Shown here piece by piece: positions 44,723-53,216 of a stretch of 64,000 bases of DNA. The notes beneath the pieces were generated by a model that was not told the DNA's origin, searched no databases, and saw only the letters and a list, made by a program, of their open reading frames with translations. Every line of letters starts with the position of its first letter. The stretch's first letter is position 1. Made by a program: the position numbers and the translations under genes. Source of the stretch: an uncultured Methylophaga sp. (GTDB lineage Bacteria; Pseudomonadota; Gammaproteobacteria; Nitrosococcales; Methylophagaceae); the NCBI GenBank assembly GCA_964389455.1, contig CAYMEE010000001.1:83891-147890 (forward strand), written 5' to 3'.

Positions 44723-46153
44723 ATGTTTCAGGTTCCCAATATGCTGTTTGCACTGCCGGAGATGCTGATGCTGGGCATGGCCTGTGTCATTTTGCTGGTG
44801 GTAGCATTCACCGGGGCGCGCAGAACACAATGGGTTTACGGTCTCAGCCAGCTGACCCTGTTGGCAACTGCCGTAGTGGTGGTCTGGTTTATTGGTGAGG
44901 GCGGCCTGACCTTTGCCGACACTTACATCAAAGATAATCTCAGCGACTTGCTTAAACTGTTTATCTGCCTGGTGAATATGCTCGTACTGCTGTATTCACA
45001 GGCCTACCTCAAAGCCCGCCGGTTATTGCAGGGCGAGTTTTTTGTATTGGCTATTTTCTCCACGCTAGGCATGCTGATCATGGTGTCGGCTTATCATATG
45101 CTGACCCTGTACCTGGGTCTGGAACTGATGTCACTGTGCCTCTATGCCATGGTGGCGATGCAGCGAGACTCCGGGGTGGCGACCGAAGCTGCCATGAAGT
45201 ATTTCATTCTTGGCAGTATCGCCTCGGGCATGCTGCTTTATGGCATGTCGATTATTTATGGTGTTACCGGCAGCCTGTCGATGAATGAGATTGCCCAGGC
45301 CGTGGCCACGGGCAATGGCGATGAGACGATTTTGAGCTTTGGTATTGTCTTCCTGGTTATCGGGATAGGCTTTAAATTCGGGGCCGTGCCGTTTCATATG
45401 TGGTTACCGGATGTCTATCATGGCGCGCCCACTGCGATGACCTTGTTTATTGCAGCGGCTCCGAAAATTGCGGCCTTTGCCATGATCATTCGATTATTGG
45501 CAGAAGGGCTGATAGACTTGCAGCATCACTGGCAGGATATGCTGGTTCTGCTCGCGGTATTGTCGATGATTGTCGGCAATGTCGTGGCGATTGCGCAGAG
45601 CAATCTGAAACGTATGCTGGCCTATTCCACTATTTCCCACGTCGGTTTTCTGCTGATGGGGGTATTATCCGGTACACAGGAAGGTTTCTCGGCGGCGCTG
45701 TTTTATACGCTGATTTATGCCCTGATGACACTGGGTGCTTTCGGTATGATCTTGCTATTGAGCCGGCAGGGCTTTGAAGCTGAGAATATCGATGATTTCA
45801 AAGGGCTCAGTGAGCGCCAGCCCTGGTTTGCGCTGATGATGCTGATCCTGATGTTTTCCATGGCCGGGATTCCGCCACTGGCGGGGTTTTATGCCAAGTT
45901 AACTGTGATTAAAGCGGTGATAGATGTTGACCTGCTTTTTGTAGCGCTGGTTGCGGTGCTCACCTCCGTTATCGGTGCCTTCTATTACCTGCGGGTTATT
46001 AAGGTCATGTATTTCGACAAACCGGTGGTAGACCACAAGCTGGAAGCAGGCAGCATGATGCAGATTATGCTGAGTGCCAATGCGCTGATGGTGCTGGGTC
46101 TGGGGATTGTTCCCGGCATTTTGATGAAAATCTGTACCATTGTTTTTGCCTAG
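44723..46153 (+). CDS. nuoN: NADH-quinone oxidoreductase subunit N
   Basis: 476 aa, antiporter-like subunit ([14 protein letters not shown]). Confidence 0.95.
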   Translation: MFQVPNMLFALPEMLMLGMACVILLVVAFTGARRTQWVYGLSQLTLLATAVVVVWFIGEGGLTFADTYIKDNLSDLLKLFICLVNMLVLLYSQAYLKARRLLQGEFFVLAIFSTLGMLIMVSAYHMLTLYLGLELMSLCLYAMVAMQRDSGVATEAAMKYFILGSIASGMLLYGMSIIYGVTGSLSMNEIAQAVATGNGDETILSFGIVFLVIGIGFKFGAVPFHMWLPDVYHGAPTAMTLFIAAAPKIAAFAMIIRLLAEGLIDLQHHWQDMLVLLAVLSMIVGNVVAIAQSNLKRMLAYSTISHVGFLLMGVLSGTQEGFSAALFYTLIYALMTLGAFGMILLLSRQGFEAENIDDFKGLSERQPWFALMMLILMFSMAGIPPLAGFYAKLTVIKAVIDVDLLFVALVAVLTSVIGAFYYLRVIKVMYFDKPVVDHKLEAGSMMQIMLSANALMVLGLGIVPGILMKICTIVFA

Positions 46154-46168
46154 AGGTATAACAAAATC

Positions 46169-46471
46169 ATGTCTGTCTGGCTGATGATAGGGCTGTTTGT
46201 GCTGATTGCGAATCTGCCGTGGATAGGTAACCGTGTCTTTTTTATCTGGCCGTTGCAACCAAAGCCGGTGTGGATAAGACTTGTCGAGTTACTGGTTTAT
46301 TACTTCATCAGTCTGCTGATTGGTATCGCATTTGAAATTCGTTTTTCCGGTGATGTCTACACTCAGCAATGGGAGTTTTTTGTCACCACCCTGAGTTTAT
46401 TTCTGGTGCTGGCGGTGCCAGGTGTGGTCTATCGCTACCAATGGCTGCCGATGCAGAAAAAATTCAAATAA
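46169..46471 (+). CDS. DUF2818-like small membrane protein following nuoN
   Basis: 100 aa with 3-4 TM helices. Motifs are NLPWIGNRVF, QQWEFF and PGVVYRY. It starts 15 nt after nuoN. Confidence 0.65.
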   Translation: MSVWLMIGLFVLIANLPWIGNRVFFIWPLQPKPVWIRLVELLVYYFISLLIGIAFEIRFSGDVYTQQWEFFVTTLSLFLVLAVPGVVYRYQWLPMQKKFK

Positions 46472-46676
46472 GCCGGTGTTAACGGCGCAATAAAGACAGG
46501 CTAAACGCCAGTCAGGTAAAGAAAAAATCCCCCTAAACGGCGGCAGACAACAATCTGTCACGTCTTTCATGAATAATGGATGCAAGTTCCGTCGAACTAG
46601 TTTAGAATTGGCGGGTTTAACTACCGTGTAATTGCACGACACTGTTCAATTAACATCAATTTAGAGACATAGGATT

Positions 46677-48767
46677 ATGGCTTCCGATTTATCCAAGTAC
46701 AGAAACATAGGTATCTTCGCGCACGTTGACGCGGGTAAAACCACCACAACTGAGCGTATCCTGAAACTGACCGGTAAAATCCACAAAACAGGTGAAGTTC
46801 ACGAAGGTGAATCCACCATGGACTTCATGGATCAGGAAGCCGAACGTGGTATCACCATTCAGTCTGCTGCGACTACCTGTGCCTGGAACGGTCATCGTCT
46901 GAACGTTATCGATACCCCGGGACACGTTGACTTCACCATCGAAGTTTATCGTTCACTGAAAGTACTTGACGGTGGTGTAGGTGTTTTCTGTGGTAGTGGT
47001 GGTGTTGAGCCTCAATCTGAAACCAACTGGCGTTACGCTAACGAATCAGAAGTCTCTCGTCTGATCTTCGTTAACAAACTGGACCGCATGGGTGCTGATT
47101 TCTACCGTGTTGTTAAGCAGGTTGAAGATGTTCTGGCTGCGACCCCGCTGGTCATGGTGCTGCCAATCGGTATTGAAGACGAATTCAAAGGTGTTGTTGA
47201 CCTGCTGACTCGCAAAGCCTGGATCTGGGAAGACGAGAAAGATGCAGAGAAATACAGCATCGAAGAGCCACCTGCAGAGATGGCTGATCAAATTGAAGAG
47301 TGGCGTGAAAAACTGATCGAAACTGCGGTTGAGCAGGACGATGATCTGATGGAAAAATACCTTGAAGGTGAAGAGCCATCAATCGACGACCTGAAAGACT
47401 GCATCCGTAAAGGGACATTGAACCTGTCGTTCTTCCCGACTTACTGCGGCTCTGCTTTCAAAAACAAAGGTATTCAGCTGCTGCTGGACGCCGTTGTCGA
47501 CTATCTGCCTGACCCAACTCAGGTTGATCCACAACCAGAAGTTGATCTGGAAGGTAACGAAACCGGTAAAGTTGCGACCGTTGATATCAACGGCCCACTT
47601 CGTGCACTGGCATTCAAGATTATGGATGACCGTTTCGGTGCCCTGACCTTTATCCGTATCTACTCCGGTGAAATCCGTAAGGGTGACACCATCATGAACA
47701 CCTTCACCGGCAAGACCGAACGTGTTGGTCGGATGGTGGAAATGCACGCGAATGACCGTAACGAGCTCGATTATGCTCATGCCGGTGATATCGTTGCCGT
47801 CATCGGTATGAAAGATGTACAAACCGGTCACACGCTGTGTGATCCTAAAAACCCAGCCACCCTGGAGCCAATGGTGTTCCCGGATCCTGTTATCTCTATT
47901 GCGATTGCGCCTAAAGATAAAGGTTCTGCTGAAAAGCTCGGCATCGCACTGGGTAAAATGATCAAAGAAGATCCTTCGTTCCGGGTTGAAACTGACGAAG
48001 ACAGTGGCGAAACCATTATGAAAGGTATGGGTGAGCTTCACCTGGATATCAAAGTTGATATCCTCAAACGTACCCACAATATTGATGTTATCGTTGGTGA
48101 GCCTCAAGTTGCCTACCGTGAAACTATCACCAAACCGGTGACTGATACTTACACCCATAAGAAACAAACCGGTGGTTCTGGTCAGTTCGCCCGTATCGAT
48201 TACACCATCGAGCCAGGCGAAGCCGGCAGTGGTTTCACATTTGAGTCAACTGTGACCGGTGGTAACGTACCTCGTGAATTCTGGCCTGCAGTTCAAAGCG
48301 GCTTCAAGAAAATGATGGACCGTGGTGTTCTGGCTGGCTTCCCTTGCCTGGACGTGAAAGTCAACCTGCAAGACGGTGCTTTCCACGCGGTTGACTCCTC
48401 TGCTGTAGCTTACGAACTGGCTTCACAGGCGGCTTACCGTCAATCCATGCCGAAAGCCGGTCCGCAACTGCTGGAACCGATCATGAAAGTCGACGTGTTC
48501 TCACCTGAAGATAATGTTGGTGATGTCATCGGTGATCTTAACCGTCGCCGTGGCATGATCAAGTCTCAGGAGCCGGGCGCAACAGGTGTTCGTATCAAAG
48601 CTGATGTGCCGCTGAGCGAAATGTTCGGTTACATCGGTACGCTGCGTACCATGACTTCTGGTCGTGGTCAGTTCTCTATGGAATTCCAGCAATACAGCCC
48701 ATGTCCTCGTAACGTGGCTGATGAAGTCATTAAGGAAGTTCAGGAGCGCGAAGCTGCCAAGAAATAA
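46677..48767 (+). CDS. fusA: elongation factor G, second-paralogue type (stand-alone, outside the str operon)
   Basis: 696 aa. The G-domain motifs are [17 protein letters not shown] and NKLD. The N-terminus ([39 protein letters not shown]) resembles the EF-G 2 form of Vibrio-type genomes rather than canonical EF-G. Confidence 0.88.
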   Translation: MASDLSKYRNIGIFAHVDAGKTTTTERILKLTGKIHKTGEVHEGESTMDFMDQEAERGITIQSAATTCAWNGHRLNVIDTPGHVDFTIEVYRSLKVLDGGVGVFCGSGGVEPQSETNWRYANESEVSRLIFVNKLDRMGADFYRVVKQVEDVLAATPLVMVLPIGIEDEFKGVVDLLTRKAWIWEDEKDAEKYSIEEPPAEMADQIEEWREKLIETAVEQDDDLMEKYLEGEEPSIDDLKDCIRKGTLNLSFFPTYCGSAFKNKGIQLLLDAVVDYLPDPTQVDPQPEVDLEGNETGKVATVDINGPLRALAFKIMDDRFGALTFIRIYSGEIRKGDTIMNTFTGKTERVGRMVEMHANDRNELDYAHAGDIVAVIGMKDVQTGHTLCDPKNPATLEPMVFPDPVISIAIAPKDKGSAEKLGIALGKMIKEDPSFRVETDEDSGETIMKGMGELHLDIKVDILKRTHNIDVIVGEPQVAYRETITKPVTDTYTHKKQTGGSGQFARIDYTIEPGEAGSGFTFESTVTGGNVPREFWPAVQSGFKKMMDRGVLAGFPCLDVKVNLQDGAFHAVDSSAVAYELASQAAYRQSMPKAGPQLLEPIMKVDVFSPEDNVGDVIGDLNRRRGMIKSQEPGATGVRIKADVPLSEMFGYIGTLRTMTSGRGQFSMEFQQYSPCPRNVADEVIKEVQEREAAKK

Positions 48768-48790
48768 TCTGATTATTTCTGAATAATTAA

Positions 48791-48820
48791 AAGGGCTGAT
48801 ATTTATCAGCCCTTTTTTTT
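48791..48820 (+). terminator. rho-independent terminator after the EF-G paralogue
   Basis: AAGGGCTGAT-attt-ATCAGCCCTT forms a 10-bp perfect stem. T8 follows. Confidence 0.85.
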
Positions 48821-48893
48821 GTCTGTGATAAAGGGAACCAAGCGTGTTCATAAGCACCCTAGTTAATGTAGCACTGGATTCAGGAGCTAGCTT

Positions 48894-49274
48894 ATGGAAC
48901 TGAAAAAACACGGCTTGAATATAGGTATTGAGCGTTGTGGTGAACAGTTTTATCTTTTTCTAAAAGTGAGCGGCAAACTGACGCATGAAGATTACCAAAG
49001 CATGACACCTATGCTCGAAGCGGCTCTGGCTGAGATTAGATCTCCACGAGTCAATGCGTTCATTGATGCTGTGGAGCTTGAAGGCTGGGAGCCAAGAGCC
49101 GCCTGGGATGATTTCAAGCTGGGACTGAAACACGGCAACGAGTTCGATAGAGTTGCCATTTATGGTTATAAAAAATGGCAGTCTGTGGCTGCGAAGCTGG
49201 CTAGCTGGTTTATTTCCGGTGAAGTGAAATTTTTCGACGATCCGAAACAAGCATTACAGTGGTTGAACCAATAA
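48894..49274 (+). CDS. STAS/SpoIIAA-like protein (DUF3478-like)
   Basis: 126 aa. The pattern VSGKLTHEDY...EGWEPRAAWDDFKLGLKHGNEFDRVAIYGYKKWQ...FF matches SpoIIAA-like family members. Confidence 0.6.
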   Translation: MELKKHGLNIGIERCGEQFYLFLKVSGKLTHEDYQSMTPMLEAALAEIRSPRVNAFIDAVELEGWEPRAAWDDFKLGLKHGNEFDRVAIYGYKKWQSVAAKLASWFISGEVKFFDDPKQALQWLNQ

Positions 49275-49289
49275 TCCAATGGAGGTCTT

Positions 49290-49901
49290 ATGACTAAAGT
49301 GCTGGTGGTTTATTACAGTATGTACGGACACATAGAAACGATGGCTAAAGCGGTGGCAGAAGGTGCCGGAAAGGTCGAAGGTACCGAGGTGACGCTCAAG
49401 CGTGTGCCTGAACTGATGACAAAAGAGCAGGCGGAAAACGCTGGCGCCAAACTGGATCAGGATGCACCGCTGGCAAGCCCACAGGAACTGGCTGATTATG
49501 ATGCCATTATTTTCGGCACACCTACCCGATACGGCAATATGTGCGCTCAGATGCGTCAGTTTCTGGATCAGACCGGCGGGCTCTGGGCTAAAGGTAAACT
49601 GATAGGTAAGGTCGGCAGCGTGTTTACCTCGACCGGAAGCCAGCATGGCGGTCAGGAGACCACATTGACCTCTTTTCACACCAATCTGTTTCACTTCGGC
49701 ATGGTGGTGGTTGGTGTGCCTTATTCGGTGCCTGAGCTCACCAATATGGACGAAATCACGGGGGGTACCCCTTATGGCGCAAGCACGCTGGCAGGCGCTG
49801 ATGGTAGCCGTCAGCCGACTGAAAATGAAGTCAAGATTGCTCGTTTCCAGGGTGAGCACGTGGCCAAAGTCGCCAGAAAGCTTCAGCGTGGGCTGGATTA
49901 G
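49290..49901 (+). CDS. wrbA: NAD(P)H:quinone oxidoreductase WrbA
   Basis: 203 aa with a flavodoxin-like N-terminus ([17 protein letters not shown]) and the [10 protein letters not shown] motif. Confidence 0.92.
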   Translation: MTKVLVVYYSMYGHIETMAKAVAEGAGKVEGTEVTLKRVPELMTKEQAENAGAKLDQDAPLASPQELADYDAIIFGTPTRYGNMCAQMRQFLDQTGGLWAKGKLIGKVGSVFTSTGSQHGGQETTLTSFHTNLFHFGMVVVGVPYSVPELTNMDEITGGTPYGASTLAGADGSRQPTENEVKIARFQGEHVAKVARKLQRGLD

Positions 49902-49924
49902 TCCTGGAAATTGAGTACAGATCA

Positions 49925-49946
49925 CTTCAGGGCGACTGTCCTGAAG
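49925..49946 (+). terminator. hairpin after wrbA (weak U-tract)
   Basis: CTTCAGG-gcgactgt-CCTGAAG forms a 7-bp stem 24 nt after the stop. Confidence 0.3.
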
Positions 49947-50004
49947 GCTGTCTTAGGGTCTGGATATTTCAATCGAGAGCGTGTTTACTTATAGTCACTG
50001 ACTG

Positions 50005-50081
50005 CGGAGTGTAGCTCAGCCTGGTAGAGCACTGCCTTCGGGAGGCAGGGGGCGGAGGTTCAAATCCTCTCACTCCGACCA
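50005..50081 (+). tRNA. proK: tRNA-Pro (anticodon CGG)
   Basis: Manual cloverleaf: acceptor stem CGGAGTG/CACTCCG, anticodon stem CTGCC/GGCAG with loop TTCGGGA, T-arm GGAGG-TTCAAAT-CCTCT, discriminator A, and an encoded CCA. It is close to E. coli proK. Confidence 0.92.
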
Positions 50082-50183
50082 GTCATATTGCTCACACGTT
50101 TTGGCTATCCTGCTGTCCCCAGCCTGTCTTGTTGCGAGAGAGGAGTGCGCTGTACTTAATCGTACCAGTCCGGGCGTTAATCA

Positions 50184-50771
50184 TCAGTCAAATTGCCAGC
50201 GTAACCAGCCCAGGAAGACATTGCCTTTGTTACGGGTACCCGGTACATACGTTGCCTGAAAAGTCAGGCTTTTATAGCCTATTGACCCCAGTGGCAGCAC
50301 ATAGGGAACAGGCACATAATTCCAGTTTTCACGCATAGTCATCCCTGCGGTCAGGCCCAGTCCGAGCCGAAAGTCCTGCTGCTGTTCAAGTGGTCGCCAT
50401 ATTTTTTCGTAGCCATAGCCAGCCACCGGTTCCCACTCATCCTGCGAATCCCGAAAAGCCATCAAATACAGGCCATGCCAGTTGCCATCGTTATCATAGC
50501 GCGTCAGGCCATAGCCGGCGCCCCATGCCTGTTCATTGTATGCTTTGCGGCGATCATTATCCCAGGCGAAAGGCACATGCCAGCTGAACAAAGGCAAATA
50601 AAGTTCATGATGATCGGGCGAGTGCCATGTCTCAATGCTGCTGGTCTTCAGCCGATCCCAGAGTATGACGGGCAGGGGAGATGTGTTCGAAGCAGGTTTA
50701 TCTTCTACCTGATCGGCAAAGAGGGGGAAACACGCCAATAACAGAAACAGCGCTTGTTTGCCTGAATGCAT
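50184..50771 (-). CDS. pagP: lipid A palmitoyltransferase PagP (outer-membrane beta-barrel)
   Basis: The ATG at 50771 lies 6 nt after AGGAGG. The protein is collinear with E. coli PagP. Examples are HELYLPLFSWHVPFAWD, YNEQAWGAGYGLTRYDNDGNWHGLYLMAFRDS, WEPVAGYGYE, NWNYVPVPYVLPLGSIGY, and TFQATYVPGT..GNV. Confidence 0.85.
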   Translation of the reverse strand: MHSGKQALFLLLACFPLFADQVEDKPASNTSPLPVILWDRLKTSSIETWHSPDHHELYLPLFSWHVPFAWDNDRRKAYNEQAWGAGYGLTRYDNDGNWHGLYLMAFRDSQDEWEPVAGYGYEKIWRPLEQQQDFRLGLGLTAGMTMRENWNYVPVPYVLPLGSIGYKSLTFQATYVPGTRNKGNVFLGWLRWQFD

Positions 50772-50906
50772 AGCCAACCTCCTGTGGATGTGACTATCAC
50801 GATTTCATCTTACGTCAGAAACTAAGCCTCTCAAAGCACGTCGAAAACCTGAATGTAGTCTAGAAATGAATTATTTAGTCAGGTATATAGAAAAAGGAGA
50901 ATGAGC

Positions 50907-51413
50907 ATGTTGCCTCAGCCAGCTAAGTCACCTAAGTCTGGCCATTTCTGCTTATGGCTCATGATGTTGGGGGTTATGAGTATGGCCAGTCTTGTCAGAG
51001 CGGAAGGTGATCTGACCCGTCAGGCACCGATAGAGGTGGAAGTGCAACTGGGTGTCGCTAACGAGCATAAATTCTCACCCAGTCACCTCGAGTTTGAAAC
51101 CGGCAAGCTTTATAAGCTGGTATTAATCAACAACAGCAAAGTTAAGCACTACTTTACGTCATATGGACTGGCGAAACGGGTATTTTCACGCAAGGTACAG
51201 GTGATGAAAGAAAGCGCTGAAGGCTTCAGTCGTACCGCTGAAATCAAGGGCGACATCAGCGAGATAGAGGTATTTCCGGGACATCGGGTTGAATGGTGGT
51301 TTGTACCCGTCCAGACCGGTGAACTGCATGACCTGCATTGTCATGTGGATGATGAGGCGTCAGGTATGACTCATGCTGAATTGGGGATGACGGGCAGCAT
51401 ACAGATTCGTTGA
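50907..51413 (+). CDS. secreted cupredoxin-like copper-binding protein
   Basis: The ATG at 50907 lies 7 nt after AAGGAG. The signal peptide ends in VRAEG. Candidate type-1 Cu ligands are KHYF ... LHCHV ... GMTG, in a beta-rich domain of about 130 aa. Confidence 0.6.
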   Translation: MLPQPAKSPKSGHFCLWLMMLGVMSMASLVRAEGDLTRQAPIEVEVQLGVANEHKFSPSHLEFETGKLYKLVLINNSKVKHYFTSYGLAKRVFSRKVQVMKESAEGFSRTAEIKGDISEIEVFPGHRVEWWFVPVQTGELHDLHCHVDDEASGMTHAELGMTGSIQIR

Positions 51414-51450
51414 ATTGATAAGTCGTTTTTACTGCTGAGCTGACAGTTGA

Positions 51451-52965
51451 TCAACTGGCCGTTTTCGCATCATCCTGGCTGACAAGGCTGCGTGCCTTTA
51501 ATTGTTCATAAATTACAAAGGCATCATTCAGGTAAGCTTCTCTCGCCGAGTTGCTGCTGTAATCACTGCGCTGAGGTTTCACCTCAAGCCGGGTTTGCTG
51601 CTGAATCAATTTGTCCGGGTGCTCCAGGTCAAGGAAAGCGGCCAGCTGAGTCAGTATTTTCTCAGGCTCCCGGCAGAGGGCATCATAGTCCAGAAAGACA
51701 ATATTCTGGTGCGTCTTATTCAATAGATGCCGGTAAGCACAAGTCCAGTAATAGAGCCAGAAGTTGATGTCAGAGGCAGGTGGTAATTCATCCTGGTCCA
51801 GCCAGTTATCAAAATTAACCGGACGGAGATTGGCGCCAAAGTCAAAGTGTCCGATTCCAGCCATATAGTGGCGGGCAAAGGCATCATTCTCATGTATGGA
51901 TAAAAAGCGGAGATGCTGGCGCTGCAAAGACGCTGTGTGACTGAGGGGGTGTCTGAACGGCACCACTATTTTGGCTGTGGGCAGGTGTCTGAGCAGCCAG
52001 TCGATGCGGGCGATATTCAGATTGTTTTTGGATATATAGCGAATCGCTGGTGTGGGCGAATTCCTGTTATGAAGGTGAACCACCTTGCGCATGTGGTGAC
52101 GGAAAAAGCGCAGAAAGTCTTCTTTGTCGCCCGTCTCCCAAGGGCTGATATGGTGTTTGTGGTAGGGCTTTTCCCAATGGGCCATCCAAAGCATTTCCTC
52201 AAAAGCTTCCGGGCTGTCTTCATTGACCAGCATGCCGTCACCATGTGCCCGTTCCTGTGCTTCTCCGGTGGTCTGCATCGACTTGGTCAGTCGCTGCCAG
52301 AACAGGGGGGTAAACACGAATGGCATATAGCGATAGCTATGTGTAGCAAATTCACCCGTGGCATAACATAGCTCTAGCAGCAGCGTGGTCCCGGCCCGTG
52401 GCAGCGAAGTGATGAACACCGGGTGATCGGCTGACTCGGCACTGGTCTGTTTGAGGTAAAGCTTGTCTTCCAGGTCCGCCAGCACCAGTTGTGCCGGAAC
52501 ACTGGCAAAGGCCAGGTTGTGCAGCAGGCGGGTACTGCCCGAATAGCGGTTTTCAAAAGACGACGCTGTCTTGCTTTGGCGATGTTGCCGACGAAATACG
52601 AGCCAGAAATAGATGATGGTGATGACCGTGGCAGTCAGCAGGAACGGCCATGAAGAGGCCATCAGCATGGTGGCTTCCAGCGATATCAGGCCGACCCTAT
52701 CCAGTCCCCACAGAATCACGACTGGTAAACCTGCAGCCATGCTGGTTCCCAGCAGCAGCCCGGCAATAGCTTTAATCAGGCTGAGGCTGTGACGACGTAA
52801 GTTCTGTTCCTTTTCATCATCGTCGATGTCCCGGCGGCTGATTTCAAACAGGGACAGCCGGGACAGGCTCAGCGCGTTTCTGGCTTGCGCCATCAAGTTC
52901 AGTATTCTGAACAGTATCAGAAAGCCGATGACCAGAAAGGAGGCGCCCAGGAGTTCGATTAGCAT
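51451..52965 (-). CDS. membrane-anchored PAPS-type sulfotransferase family protein
   Basis: 504 aa. Three predicted N-terminal TM helices span about residues 1-125. A soluble domain follows with a 5'-PSB-like loop (SLPRAGTTLLLE) and a 3'-PB-like segment (RYISKNNLNIARIDWLLRHL). Confidence 0.65.
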   Translation of the reverse strand: MLIELLGASFLVIGFLILFRILNLMAQARNALSLSRLSLFEISRRDIDDDEKEQNLRRHSLSLIKAIAGLLLGTSMAAGLPVVILWGLDRVGLISLEATMLMASSWPFLLTATVITIIYFWLVFRRQHRQSKTASSFENRYSGSTRLLHNLAFASVPAQLVLADLEDKLYLKQTSAESADHPVFITSLPRAGTTLLLELCYATGEFATHSYRYMPFVFTPLFWQRLTKSMQTTGEAQERAHGDGMLVNEDSPEAFEEMLWMAHWEKPYHKHHISPWETGDKEDFLRFFRHHMRKVVHLHNRNSPTPAIRYISKNNLNIARIDWLLRHLPTAKIVVPFRHPLSHTASLQRQHLRFLSIHENDAFARHYMAGIGHFDFGANLRPVNFDNWLDQDELPPASDINFWLYYWTCAYRHLLNKTHQNIVFLDYDALCREPEKILTQLAAFLDLEHPDKLIQQQTRLEVKPQRSDYSSNSAREAYLNDAFVIYEQLKARSLVSQDDAKTAS

Positions 52966-52970
52966 GTCAG

Positions 52971-53198
52971 TCAGCCGGGCTGATCAGGGTTGTCAGTTTC
53001 AGTCTGGCGTGCCCGCCATTTTTTACGTAAACGCTTAATCGGATACCAGAGAAAACCAAAAAACAGCACCACGACCACGGCGATGACGGCAATGATGGCG
53101 CCGATGGCTGTGAGTCCGCCGCCAGGGCCGATATAGGCATGGGCCGGCTGCAGCAGATTAGATAACAGTAAGATAAAAGTAGCGAGAGCTCTAATCAT
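52971..53198 (-). CDS. 75-aa membrane protein with YIGPGGG motif
   Basis: It has a signal-like segment ending in AHA, then YIGPGGG, one TM helix (LTAIGAIIAVIAVVVVLFFGFLW), and a basic tail (KRLRKKWRARQ). It lies 5 nt upstream of the sulfotransferase gene and 18 nt downstream of the ASST-like gene. Confidence 0.6.
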   Translation of the reverse strand: MIRALATFILLLSNLLQPAHAYIGPGGGLTAIGAIIAVIAVVVVLFFGFLWYPIKRLRKKWRARQTETDNPDQPG

Positions 53199-53216
53199 AG
53201 TCGGATTCCATTATTG

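Noticed and set aside
46397-46642. 81-aa minus-strand ORF between the DUF2818-like gene and the EF-G gene
   Set aside because: It overlaps the 3' end of the DUF2818-like gene, has no RBS, and has a Cys/Arg-rich composition that looks non-coding.
47379-48167. 262-aa minus-strand ORF inside the EF-G gene
   Set aside because: It is antisense to a full-length GTPase gene and has no independent signals.
49254-49925. 223-aa minus-strand ORF covering wrbA
   Set aside because: It is antisense to wrbA, which has an unmistakable flavodoxin-like N-terminus.
50005-50183. tRNA-Pro as the attachment site of a genomic island
   Set aside because: I found no integrase, no recombinase and no direct repeat of the tRNA 3' end downstream by eye. 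It is kept only as a weak possibility in the pagP finding.
51444-51457. Perfect 14-bp palindrome CAGTTGATCAACTG at the convergent cupredoxin / sulfotransferase junction
   Set aside because: It can form only a 5-bp stem and overlaps the sulfotransferase stop codon. At most it is a weak bidirectional terminator, and nothing here supports it as a regulatory site.
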